Source of the DNA: Obrimoposthia wandeli
Lineage: Eukaryota
Assembly: GCA_977020255.1 (NCBI GenBank)
Contig: CDROCS010006690.1
Span: forward strand, 1-64,000
Length of the DNA: 64,000 nucleotides
Direction of reading: 5' to 3'
Shown: positions 1 to 10,412 of the stretch, piece by piece
Position numbering within the stretch: the first letter of the stretch is position 1
Layout of the letters: every line of letters starts with the position of its first letter
Program-made: the position numbers and the translations under genes
Notes under the pieces: model-generated
What the model was told of the DNA's origin: nothing
Databases searched by the model: none
Seen by the model: only the letters and a program-made list of their open reading frames with translations

Positions 1-1052
1 GCAACATTCTATTAAAATATTGTGATTTAAATGGGCAACACAATTTTATTAAAATATTGTGATTTAAAGTGGGCAACACAATTCTATTAAAATAATGTGA
101 TTTAAAATGGGCAACACAATTCTATTAATATATTGTGATTTCAAATGCAAACAATTCCCACTAAAATATTGTAGTTAAAATGCTATCCAACCTCGTCGTC
201 TCACCGATTTGATCTTGAATATCCGAGATGGTCGCTTGCTTTTGTGGGATATCGAGCTTATGTAGACCTAGTCGACCGATTTGAGATTTGTGAGCTAAGT
301 TGGTTGATTTGAGATTTGCAAGCGAAATTGTCTGTTTTGAGGATTTGAGCTAAATTGTCTGATTTGAGATTTGCGAGCTAAATTGTCTGTTTGAGATTTG
401 CGAGCTAAATTGTCTGATTTGAGAGATTTGCGAGCTAAATTGTCTGATTTGAGGATTCAATTTCCTTTCCTTTAAGCAATTAATTTCAGGCAATCTAAAT
501 TATAGACTAAAATGAAATCGCCCAAATTCATACCTACTGCTTCTCCTCAGTCGATTGTCTATTCCGCTTTGTTTGTGTGTTCCTTCTCTTTTGTAATTGG
601 TTTGGGCAGCGACTTTTATAGTCGATTTTCAATCAGTAATGTCGGCAGTGTGCGTGTTTGTTTTCTTGGCGACTTTTATAGTCGATTGTCAATCAGCAAT
701 GTCGGGCAGCTGAAATATAATTCTGAGCGTAAAGTCTGACGGCTTCAGAAAATTCAATTAATTCACGGCACGAAAATGTGCTTACCGTTTCGCCGATTGA
801 CGTTTTCCAGTTCTGTTTTCTTTTAATTGCCAACATTTTTTGTTGCACTTTTGGGTTAATTAATCTAACTTTTATACATTTCACATTATACACGACCTTC
901 GTGGTCCTCTAATTTTACCCTAAATTCCACTAATTTCAATTCTAAAACTAAAATTAATATTTAATTTAATTTTCAACCTTGCTTTCCAAGGATTTTTTAT
1001 TTTAGTATTTAATCGGCTAAAATATTTAATTTCTTAATTCTCAAACCTAACA
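1..1052 (-). repeat. 3' LTR, partial (U3 end)
   Basis: Collinear with about 21900-22973, including the end of the 38-bp array and the 29-bp repeats. Similarity stops exactly after ...aaacctaaca (TGTTAGGTTT on minus). Confidence 0.95.
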
Positions 1053-1334
1053 TACCTCGGGGTTCCAAAAAAGTTACGTCCCGGAACGTATCGATTTTAC
1101 TTAAACAAGCCTCTGGCTGTTGATTTTAGGTTCATCCCTACAAAATCAATCATTCAACTTCAACAAACATGCCCCAAAAACAAAATTTCTCAAAATCCCG
1201 GTTTTTAGTGGGAAACATAATGTATAATTTGGAGCAAGTCTCAGACTATACATTATTATCTATACACAAACTACATGCATAACCAAGGATTAGGAAGGAA
1301 AGAAGGAGGAAAGGATCAATTGTCATAAGTTAGG

Positions 1335-1850
1335 TCAATTGTAATTGTCGGCTGGTTCCGACTGGCCAGGTAGCGCAGGACCTGCTCCAGGGGTAGGTCG
1401 GGAAAGGACGGACTGTCCCCGTTGTACAGGTGTAGTTGTTGGCTCCGGGTTAGGTGTGGGCTCTCGACAAACAGGTCGAAATACTGCCCGTTCATCGCGT
1501 GATTTTCTATCCAGAGACGTCTGGCCTGGAACCACAGTGGCAGTCTCGACTAGACCGCCATCTCTCGCGGATGCCCAGTTGTGTGTCGCGCCGGCGTGCG
1601 AGACACGCAGCCAGCGTGGCAATGTATGCCGCAATGCAGCTGGCAGGCGATCGGGTGCCCTTGTGCCTTCCACGGCTCTGGAGCGTCCATTTGCCAAAGG
1701 GTGTCCGGCACAGTGGACATGTGATATGGCCGGGGTCGAGCCTTGGCCCACAAATAGAAGGCACTCCTCGTGAAATTTGTGACGGCAGCCGACAGGGGAT
1801 GCTGATACCGCCCAAATCTTCTCCATACATACAGAGCACTTCATCTGCAT
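1335..1850 (-). pseudogene. RING-H2 protein 3 (frameshifted)
   Basis: MKCSVCMEKI...GCRHKFHEECL, then WAKARP and ITCPLCRTPF in adjacent frames. Confidence 0.72.
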
Positions 1851-2161
1851 AAGAAAATAACTCCTTTCAATTTGGGGTTCACCGTTCTCATCGTTAATTT
1901 AAATTTTAATTTCAAAACGAGTCCTTAGTTATCTAATCCTACCGAGTTTTGTTTCGATTTTAGGCATGTTTACGCATTCACACTAAGCATAAAATTGTCT
2001 TTTTTAGAAATTCAGTATAATAATTACAATTTCAGTTAAACATCATACATAAAAATGGTAATGGTCAATTTACAGTTCACAAGATTATATAATTATGATT
2101 ACAATTATGGTAGCTAATTTATCGCGGTATGCCATACACAGGGTAGTTCATGATGTCACGT

Positions 2162-2491
2162 TCAAGTCAGAAAGTTACCTTCGATTATTGTTGGGGATTG
2201 GGCTGGCCTGTGCTTCGCTCCTCCACGCAGAACGAGCACCAGCAATCGCAGATGGTTTTTCAGCAGTGTACGATGGGTACCACTGCTTGGAGGCTGTCCT
2301 GGTTGTACACGTAGTGTACTGAGAAGGTCGCTCTGCACATCGGGCAGGTTGGGAAGTCGAGGGATTGTTGCTGTTGGCAATGGGGATCCACGTCTCGAGG
2401 CATTCGACGTGGAAGAGAGGTGGTCGCAGTTGTTGGGCTTGGTGTAGAAGTCCACGATGCTCTCGTAGCAGATGGAACATTCTCCAGACAT
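2162..2491 (-). pseudogene. RING-H2 protein 2 (frameshifted)
   Basis: MSGECSICYESIVDFYTKPNNCDH continues in the neighbouring frame as LFHVECLETWIP. Confidence 0.7.
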
Positions 2492-2499
2492 TACTGTGG

Positions 2500-2849
2500 G
2501 AGGTTGATGTTGAATTTGGGCTCGATTGAGGACTGGTGGTTGTGTGATGTTTACACAAAGTGGTCGGATTTTGTCGATCTGACAAACAGTAATAACACCA
2601 ACACTCTCCGAAATTCTTCCAACAGAATACCACCTGTACATATACATCCTCTTGGTCGGGTTCTAACATGATGAATCTTGCGAATTGTCTTCTGCATACA
2701 GGGCAACAAGGGTATGTTGGATGTCCGAACTGTCCATAAGTTCTGATCCATGTCGATAAACATTCCTCGTGGTGTAAATGGTTTGCAGTTTCGGGTCTTG
2801 TTCTTCGTTCGGTTAGATCTTCCAAACATATTGGGCATTCTTCGGACAT
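2500..2849 (-). CDS. RING-H2 protein 1
   Basis: MSEECPICLEDL...HLHHEECLSTWI...CPVCRRQF. The 3' end is uncertain because of frameshifts. Confidence 0.75.
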
Positions 2850-2972
2850 TCTAAATACATGATGATGATTAATTTCTACATGAGTTTTATATATTTCTAC
2901 TATTTGTACAATCACTTCTAGATATTTCTACATATTTCACACACTAATTTATCTACAACCTCCTCTGACTTA

Positions 2973-4195
2973 TCATATCTTGATTGGAGGCGGAGGTAAG
3001 TCTAATTCCACTTCCTCCATGATGGGTGTGTCACAGCATCGCAATCCTTCGCATTTTCGTCGTACTCTTGGGCATACTTGACTGCCTTTTACGCACACGA
3101 TTGTCAATAGAACCACTGCTGTTGACACTACGGCCATTCCAATTAGGGCATTGACCGCCGTTATTCCGCTGTCTGATGATTTATAATCATACTTCATTTT
3201 GTTGTTTGTCGGTTCGAATGACATTTCCATGGGTTTTGATCGGTTTCCATGTATTATGTCCGATTTTCTAAAAATTCGGGGATTTGGGTGTTTTGTTTCT
3301 GATGGAACAGGTATTATTATTTTGGATTGGAAATGATGTTTGGGATCTAGTGGGATCGTTCCCCTCACTCTTGTCCTCTTAATAATTGTACTTTGGTTTC
3401 TGGGATTTAGCTCTTTTTCTTTCGCTTCTGTCTTTGTTCTGATCACTGTCGGTTTTTTGGAATGGCGTTTACTTTCGATTACCTTTGCCTTCTTTTTTGA
3501 CTAGGATTGGTCTTTTTGGGAATGATTTTCTGGGTTTGATACTTATACCGTATCTACGAAATCGACGGTTCTGGTATCTTAGAGTTATGTAGAATATTTC
3601 ACCTGTTATTATCATGATTATGGTCGAGGTCTCTGTAGTATTACTGGAAATTCGATTACACAGACATTCTGTGTTAAAATGTGGTACTAACATTTGGCTT
3701 TGGATTTCGAATCTGATTCCGCCATCTGGGTTGGGACACATTACTGTTACTCTGTCGGTCTCAGCAATCTGAAAAATATCCTAACGGAATTCCATACGGC
3801 TTTACGTCGTCAACCTGTGATTATACTCCTGTCGACAATTTTCCAGAAGCGCTCATCTCTAGGTAATATTGATGACTGTGTTCGATACTTTGGATAATCA
3901 GCTTCCTCTTTGATATTGTTATCCGTAGGTATAACACTCTTTCATGATACAATAATATTAAATTGTAAACGGGTGTATATTGGTCGATTTTTATTCTGAC
4001 CTGTCGGATGACATACAATTTCTGATCGATATTATCAGTTGCTGACGTCTGTAGATGAATGTCTACTACGTGATTTGTTTTTAGAAGGGGGATTTCTATG
4101 TATACTGCCCGTATTACGTCTTATCTCCATTTACTGATCATGATCTCATAACTAGCCTTGGTAGTGGTGATTTGTATGATCAGCATGATTCCTAT
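2973..4195 (-). pseudogene. Putative type I membrane protein, broken by stops and frameshifts
   Basis: Signal-like IIGIMLIIQITTTKA near 4150-4190. Fragments 3821-4018, 3469-3741 and 2973-3446 follow, the last with TM ALIGMAVVSTAVVLLTIVCV and a PPPP tail. Confidence 0.45.
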
Positions 4196-5105
4196 GATCG
4201 TTCGATTCTAAACTCAGGAACTTCAATGAAACAAGTCAAATTACTCATATAGTACGGTCTTTCCTCGATGTGTTCATATATCGTTGGCTGGTACTCTGGT
4301 GCTGGTTCATCTAAAAATGGTGGTCTTGGTATAATTGTGTTGAATTTTTGTAAGTTCATTTGACCTGTTCGTCTTGCGAGATCATGCCGTTTCTTTTTGA
4401 TCTCAATTCTAACTTTGTACAACAAAACAAGATGAGTAATATTAATATTATAAATCCAATGATCAGTGCGAGTATTGGATTAATCAATTCTAGAATACCG
4501 TAACGTACTGCTGGTATTCCTTTACTCTTGATGGTTAATATTTTAAATTTGTGTGCACTTTGGTTGGATATGTCACTGAAAGTACTATTTTAGTTTGTCC
4601 AAATGTGTAGTCTTCACATGTGACAACATCAATTCCATAATGTCTATTAAGTGTTTTCATTTCGGTCAGCTGGAACTATACATATCCGTCCTGGACATCC
4701 TTTTACACACATGATCATTACAGCTTTACTGTAGGATGTCTTGATTATTTCTAGGGTGTTGTCTAGATTTCTCAAATGTAGATTATATTCGGATAATGTC
4801 ATCATTTCAGCTTTACTGGTCGGCATGGCTTGTAGTACCAATCCAATTACTACTCCATAAATCAATCCTTGTGCAACGGTGCACAGGGCCTTGACTGACC
4901 TTTTGCAAAGGGTTTTAATTATCAATCGTTTGAGAGATATCTGTTTCTGATTAGATCGTTTTGTTATCTGTCGTTGTTTTGACATCTCCTCGATTCCATT
5001 TCTTCCGATAATTAACTGTACCGGTTTACCTTGTATCGTCAACTTTCCGAATCCATTTTTGGCGGACAAGCATGTTTTATGTCCTTCCATCGTTTCAATT
5101 ATCAC
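4192..5105 (-). pseudogene. Putative type I membrane protein, broken by frameshifts
   Basis: Signal-like GLIYGVVIGLVLQAMPTSKA. A frame shift near 4665 gives an ectodomain ending in TM ILALIIGFIILILLILFCC (about 4430-4490). ORF 4192-4425 is a basic and Tyr/Pro-rich tail. Confidence 0.5.
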
Positions 5106-7702
5106 TCTCTTACTTCATACTCACGTGTTTTGATGACATCGCCATCGAATATATACGTTGGTCCTTTTGTATCAGCATCTTTTTGTATTTCCTTTACAAC
5201 TCGTTTTCTTCGCTTGCATCCAGCGAATGTTGTTGATATTCGGTCAAGTGTGCGCTGTCGGTCAGCTTCGTAATCTATTCGAAATTGATTCAGTATTCTG
5301 TTTTGTGGGTAAAATATCGCTTCATTTACTATATTGTCCTCGATCCTTTCGTCTAGATACACAAGCACTTTGTTCGTTGGTCCATTTGGTCTTTTCATCT
5401 TTACAAACTGAAATCTTTTACTGTCGGTTCTCATAGATCGAAGACATTTTCGGATGATCCACACATCAATTAGTCCTAACAACACTAATAGCATCATCAG
5501 TGCCGGTGTATGGTACTGTGTGGTGTAGTTGTGGATTTCGTTGAACCAGGAACTATTTCCGTGGTTGGAGCCTATCTCCTGTGCTCCCGTTATCGGCATT
5601 AAACAGCTTAACAAGCCTATCGCTAGCAATCTTTGGTATTGAAAGCTGGGCACTGTTGTTGTAGCTTCATTTGTTTCTCGTTGTTGTTTCCTCTTTTCGG
5701 TGTATTTCTCTATTTCTCGAACGAGTAACGGTTTGAATTCCGTATTTGGTCTATTCTGTTTGATGTAGACCATCGCTTCTTCTGGCGTGTGACCATGGTA
5801 CTCTACCAACAAGGATACACCTATGGTAGGCGCTAACATTGTACCTTTTTTCTGATATATCAGAACGCCGTTTCCTTCTGTGACTTCAGCTTGGATGGTT
5901 TGAGTCAATTTCGTCAGATGTTGTTGTGCATCGTTTATCTCTCGATTGGAAGCATGTATGTATCGAGTGGTGTCATCTTCAGTATTTTGACATAGACTAA
6001 TTATCTCGTTTCCGACTTCGACAATGTTGATTACTCGGTTGATACTGTGGAACTTTAATCCAGCAGTGTCTATATCTCCTGGATGACATAAAAATACTTT
6101 TGGCATTATCTGTGTAATTTTGTCGACTCCGGCTAAAAATAACCCGGTCAATGATAATGCTTGGAGGAAATTCTTTTCCTTTGGATCCTCAGGAATGTCG
6201 TCCATCCGTCTTTGTTCTTGCAACAGAAGTTGGTAATTTGCCAACTGTCCCAAAAAATTAAGATTTGGGTTTGCAATACTTCTTCTCTCCTGTAGGTATT
6301 TTAGCGCTTCTAGTACCTGCATTCGTCTAGTCTTTATTAGGTATGCTAATACTAGAGTTGCTGATCGAGAAATTCCTTTCTGACAATGTACTAACACTTT
6401 TCCTTGGTTCCGGAGTTCTCTGTGAAGTATTTCGTTTGTTTCTACAAACCATTCGAGAAGATTAGCGTCCATTGAGTCTTTTACTCTTAATGTCATAGCT
6501 CTGATTGTCTGATATTGTGATTTATGACTCATTGTAACGTTGATCACGTATGTTATCCCTTGTTCCAACAGTTTCTTTTCATCTGTTGCATCTTCCACAT
6601 TTCCGAGGTATAACTTATTTGGAATGATCTCACTCATTGGTGGCATTAATTCTGACTCTTCAAGTTTTAGTCTTTCTAATCTCTTCTCTATCTGTTCGTC
6701 GATGTTAGTTAGTTTTGCCAGTTTCTTTCCTCTCAGCATTCGTATTGCTGGAGAGGTATTCATCTTTGTCTCTGATGTCTGTTCCTTTGTTGAGTCTTCT
6801 TCCGACTCGGTCTCTTCTGCAGATTTAATTCGTCTTTCTTGTATATTCTGTTTCACGAATTCTATGTTTTGTCTTTTTCTGCTCTCTTTAGCGAATTCAA
6901 CCTCCATGGTTCTTCCGAATCGCTCTATTATGTTATCTTCGGATTCTGTTGATTCTGTATCGTTACTTTCCGGTTCGCTGTCTTCACTAGACTCGCTCGA
7001 AGGGTATTCTGGTATGTCTGTCTGAACTGAAATTAATGAAGGTGTTAGAATAATTGGATTGATTTCCCCTTCGTATTTGTGAATCGGATACGGTATTACA
7101 CTATCTTTAAGTATCTCAACTTGGAACTGTGCTCCATAGCACATGACAATTGTTTCCAATTTACCCATGATGGACAATCCATCAAAATAGGTAACATTCA
7201 GCTTAGATATCGGTGTCTTCGCATAATTAATTAAGTTTACTCGTATCTCAGTTGATGACGGCCATCGATGTTTTAGTAAAATTATAATTTCGTCGTTTAT
7301 CGATGTAATTACACTTGGTGCGGATGATACTATTTCGGCATGATATTTTGGCTGGTTTGAAGTTGTTACTTGTTCTCGGATCATATTGATTCTTTGTGGT
7401 TTTTTATTTTTAGCTTCCCACTTCCGGTATCCGCTGTCAATGCGTAATTCTGCCGTTGCTTTGATGATTTTATTGTTAGTCACTTCCGGATGGGTTGGCG
7501 AATGGAATCCTTCTATTACGCTCAACCTTACAGATACTTCCGTTTGATCTGTGTCTAACCGGTGAGATTCTGGTATACAACATACAATTGTCTTTCCATC
7601 AAAGTATTTGGTGTCCATCTGACAAATTATCTTTTCAGTGTCAGCGTCGATTAATTGGACTCTCATGATATCTCTTTTCCCATGTGAATTACGTAATACC
7701 AT
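5102..7702 (-). CDS. 866-aa accessory ORF: YFDG repeats, acidic linker, dual-specificity phosphatase, pseudophosphatase, signal/TM segments
   Basis: KLYLGN...ITYVINVT...D...VLVHCQKGISRSATLVLAYL...RRSIANPNLNFLGQL at 6230-6637. A second DSP-like copy at 5700-6122 has IYQKKGTMLA in place of HCxxGxSRS. Confidence 0.9.
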   Translation of the reverse strand: MVLRNSHGKRDIMRVQLIDADTEKIICQMDTKYFDGKTIVCCIPESHRLDTDQTEVSVRLSVIEGFHSPTHPEVTNNKIIKATAELRIDSGYRKWEAKNKKPQRINMIREQVTTSNQPKYHAEIVSSAPSVITSINDEIIILLKHRWPSSTEIRVNLINYAKTPISKLNVTYFDGLSIMGKLETIVMCYGAQFQVEILKDSVIPYPIHKYEGEINPIILTPSLISVQTDIPEYPSSESSEDSEPESNDTESTESEDNIIERFGRTMEVEFAKESRKRQNIEFVKQNIQERRIKSAEETESEEDSTKEQTSETKMNTSPAIRMLRGKKLAKLTNIDEQIEKRLERLKLEESELMPPMSEIIPNKLYLGNVEDATDEKKLLEQGITYVINVTMSHKSQYQTIRAMTLRVKDSMDANLLEWFVETNEILHRELRNQGKVLVHCQKGISRSATLVLAYLIKTRRMQVLEALKYLQERRSIANPNLNFLGQLANYQLLLQEQRRMDDIPEDPKEKNFLQALSLTGLFLAGVDKITQIMPKVFLCHPGDIDTAGLKFHSINRVINIVEVGNEIISLCQNTEDDTTRYIHASNREINDAQQHLTKLTQTIQAEVTEGNGVLIYQKKGTMLAPTIGVSLLVEYHGHTPEEAMVYIKQNRPNTEFKPLLVREIEKYTEKRKQQRETNEATTTVPSFQYQRLLAIGLLSCLMPITGAQEIGSNHGNSSWFNEIHNYTTQYHTPALMMLLVLLGLIDVWIIRKCLRSMRTDSKRFQFVKMKRPNGPTNKVLVYLDERIEDNIVNEAIFYPQNRILNQFRIDYEADRQRTLDRISTTFAGCKRRKRVVKEIQKDADTKGPTYIFDGDVIKTREYEVRE

Positions 7703-7887
7703 TATTACATCGTGGTATTCTTGTTTGAGTCTTTTGGTGTACCATGCAGTATGTGACCACCGGCCGGTTCTTTTTCTTCCTGACTGGCTAGTCCTGCTTC
7801 AGTACTGTCATAGTTCTGCCATGCAACTATGTTTGGTGTCAATGTGATTTCGATTATCACTTTCTCAGTCGTAAACACATTGGAATT

Positions 7888-9396
7888 TTAATAAAGCGCT
7901 GCGACTAGTGTATTCCCGTCATAGTATGACACTCTAAGTTCGCACAGAAATTCGTTTGTCAGTGCATCTTTCACAATGACTTCTTTCGCCACATCTGTTG
8001 GTTGTGTTTTTTCAAAAACAACTATTATCTCTTCGTCTTCTTCTAATATCTCTTGTGGTGCGATGTGTCGGATTACTTCCTTTTCCTCTTGGTACTTCAT
8101 TCTGAGCATACCAATTCTCGCTGGTTTTTTCTCGCTACCACTCGTCATCATGTTTATGTAGTTCTGATCACTTACCATTCGTGTAAGTTTAATGGTATTG
8201 GTATTCGATTTCGATTTCTGTGATCTTAACTCATATCGTGACGCATTATCTTTATTTGGTACTAATTTGCATCGATTTGCATGTACAATCATCGGTTCCT
8301 TGTTCCGATTCTCTTCGTTGATTACTTTCAAATTTGTTGAGGTTGTCTGGATCACCTTGTATGGTCCTTTGTATGGTCTATGAAGTTTAAACGATAGACC
8401 TGGTTCGATGACTGGATAAAATATCATCACTTGATCTCCGACTCTAAATTCATGCGGTTTTGCTTTTTTGTCGTATTGTTCCTTGTAACCTTCTTGATTG
8501 AATTTCAACTTCAATCCGGCTTTGGTCCAAGCATCTTGTAACCTTTCCTTCATGACGACAATGTATTGTTCAGTTTCTAGGTACTGAGATGTTGGCTCGG
8601 TCCACTCCAGATCCATTGGCATATTGTTCTGTCTGAGATACATCAGATAGAATGGTGTGTGACCCGTCGCCTCTCGAACTGAATTCCTGTAAGCATATAA
8701 ACATGAAGGTAAATATTTATCCCAATCCTCTTGCTTGTCTGAGCAATAGGATTGTACCATCATACATAAAGTTTTATTAAACCTTTCCACCAGACCATCT
8801 GTCTGTGGGTGATATGGTGAAGTTTGTAACTTCATGATTCCGAATATCTTCGATACTGCTTTTATGACTTCTCCAGTGAAGTTCTTACCTTGATCCGTTA
8901 ACAATTTTCTAGGCACTCCGTATCGAAATATTATCTCTTCTACTAAGATTTGTGCTATTGTTTCAGCCTTCTGGTTCTGCATGGGATATGCTTCTACCCA
9001 TCTCGTCATGTAATCCGTAAATACTATGACATACTTGTTTCCTTTACTTGATTCTCTCAATGGTCCCAATATATCCATCGCTGTGAATTCCATTGGTGCC
9101 AAGGGAACTGGCATTGGTTTCAGTGGAACTTTAGTACGAGTTCCGGTGTCTTTTCTGGTTAAACATACTTTACATTGTTTACACCATTGTTTTATGTCGT
9201 CTTCCATACCATCCCAATGGTACTTCTCTTTGATTCTGGCTATTGTCTTTCGCCCTGACAGATGTCCTCCTAGTGTTCCGTCGTGATACTGGATCATCAC
9301 TGCTGTTTTCAATGACTTCGGAATTACTACTACTATCTTTCCGACATTATTGACAATATACAAGATGCCTTCTTTTATCGAGTATTTTTTCGTCAT
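7888..9396 (-). CDS. pol: Integrase with C-terminal extension
   Basis: HHCC (HDGTLGGH...CKQC), DILGP, TDQGKNF, YHPQTDGLVERFN and GPY/F (YKGPYKV). Confidence 0.95.
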   Translation of the reverse strand: MTKKYSIKEGILYIVNNVGKIVVVIPKSLKTAVMIQYHDGTLGGHLSGRKTIARIKEKYHWDGMEDDIKQWCKQCKVCLTRKDTGTRTKVPLKPMPVPLAPMEFTAMDILGPLRESSKGNKYVIVFTDYMTRWVEAYPMQNQKAETIAQILVEEIIFRYGVPRKLLTDQGKNFTGEVIKAVSKIFGIMKLQTSPYHPQTDGLVERFNKTLCMMVQSYCSDKQEDWDKYLPSCLYAYRNSVREATGHTPFYLMYLRQNNMPMDLEWTEPTSQYLETEQYIVVMKERLQDAWTKAGLKLKFNQEGYKEQYDKKAKPHEFRVGDQVMIFYPVIEPGLSFKLHRPYKGPYKVIQTTSTNLKVINEENRNKEPMIVHANRCKLVPNKDNASRYELRSQKSKSNTNTIKLTRMVSDQNYINMMTSGSEKKPARIGMLRMKYQEEKEVIRHIAPQEILEEDEEIIVVFEKTQPTDVAKEVIVKDALTNEFLCELRVSYYDGNTLVAALY

Positions 9397-10412
9397 TTCA
9401 TCATTTCATCTCCTTTCACCAACAATTCTTTGATTAGACTCAGTTCTTCATCTTCTTTCTGTTCTTTGATGATCTCTTTGTCTATTTTACCCGTCTTTAG
9501 CAAAATCGTCAGTAGATTTGCTTCTCCTTTTTGGTCATTGGTTTCATCTTCTTCTGGAATGATGTTTCCTTTTTCATCTACATTTGTCAATCTCGATAAA
9601 CAATCTGCGTTGCCATTCGACTTTCCGGTTCTATAACGGATTTCTAGATCGAATTCGGCCAATTTTAGAAACCATCTGTTTAATCTACTCATCTCATCTC
9701 TATGTTTATACAAGAACTGTAGTGGTTTGTGATCTGTATATAGGAATACTTTTTGTCCTAGCAAGTAGTGTCTGTACTGTCTACATGAATACACTATGGC
9801 TAGACATTCCTTTTCGATAACAGAGTATCCTCTTTCGGCTCTGTTTAATCCTCTACTCGCATACGCGATGACGTGTTCTCTTCCTTCGTCATCCTCTTGT
9901 CCCAATACTGCTCCTACAGCATAGTTACTTGCATCTGTCATAAGTATGAATTGTCGGTTTATATCTGGAAACGCTAATATTGGTGCTTTTATCAGTCTTT
10001 CTTTTAAATGCTCGAACGCTTGTTGGGCTTCTTCTCCCCATATGAACTTCTCATCTTTTCTCGTCAACTTTCTCAATGGTGTTGCTATATCTGAAAAATG
10101 TTCAACAAATCGTCTATAATAATTCGCCAGACCTAAAAAACTCTGTATCTCCTTAACAGTCTTTGGCGCTAAATGCGCTTTTACTTTCTCGATCTTTGCT
10201 GGATCAGGTCGAATGCCTTCTTTCGATACTATATGTCCTAAAAATGTTACTCGCTCTTTAGCCCATTCGCATTTTGTAGGTTTAACTTTTAATTTAGCGT
10301 TTTCCAGTCTTTTAAATACAACTTCAAGATTTTTTAAATGTTCTTCGAACGTTTTCGAAAATATTATTATGTCATCGATATAAACCATCGTGTTTGCACG
10401 ATGCGAGTACAA
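9393..10412 (-). CDS. pol: Reverse transcriptase C-terminus and RNase H (frameshifted from upstream ORF)
   Basis: VYIDDIIIFS, FLGHIVS, SFLGLANYYRRFV, TDASNYAVGAVL, EKECLAIV, TDHKPL, NADCLSR. Confidence 0.95.
   Translation of the reverse strand: MYSHRANTMVYIDDIIIFSKTFEEHLKNLEVVFKRLENAKLKVKPTKCEWAKERVTFLGHIVSKEGIRPDPAKIEKVKAHLAPKTVKEIQSFLGLANYYRRFVEHFSDIATPLRKLTRKDEKFIWGEEAQQAFEHLKERLIKAPILAFPDINRQFILMTDASNYAVGAVLGQEDDEGREHVIAYASRGLNRAERGYSVIEKECLAIVYSCRQYRHYLLGQKVFLYTDHKPLQFLYKHRDEMSRLNRWFLKLAEFDLEIRYRTGKSNGNADCLSRLTNVDEKGNIIPEEDETNDQKGEANLLTILLKTGKIDKEIIKEQKEDEELSLIKELLVKGDEMMK

Noticed and set aside
1288-1315. Purine tract as PPT
   Set aside because: It is purine-rich on the plus strand, the wrong strand for this element, and about 240 nt from the LTR.
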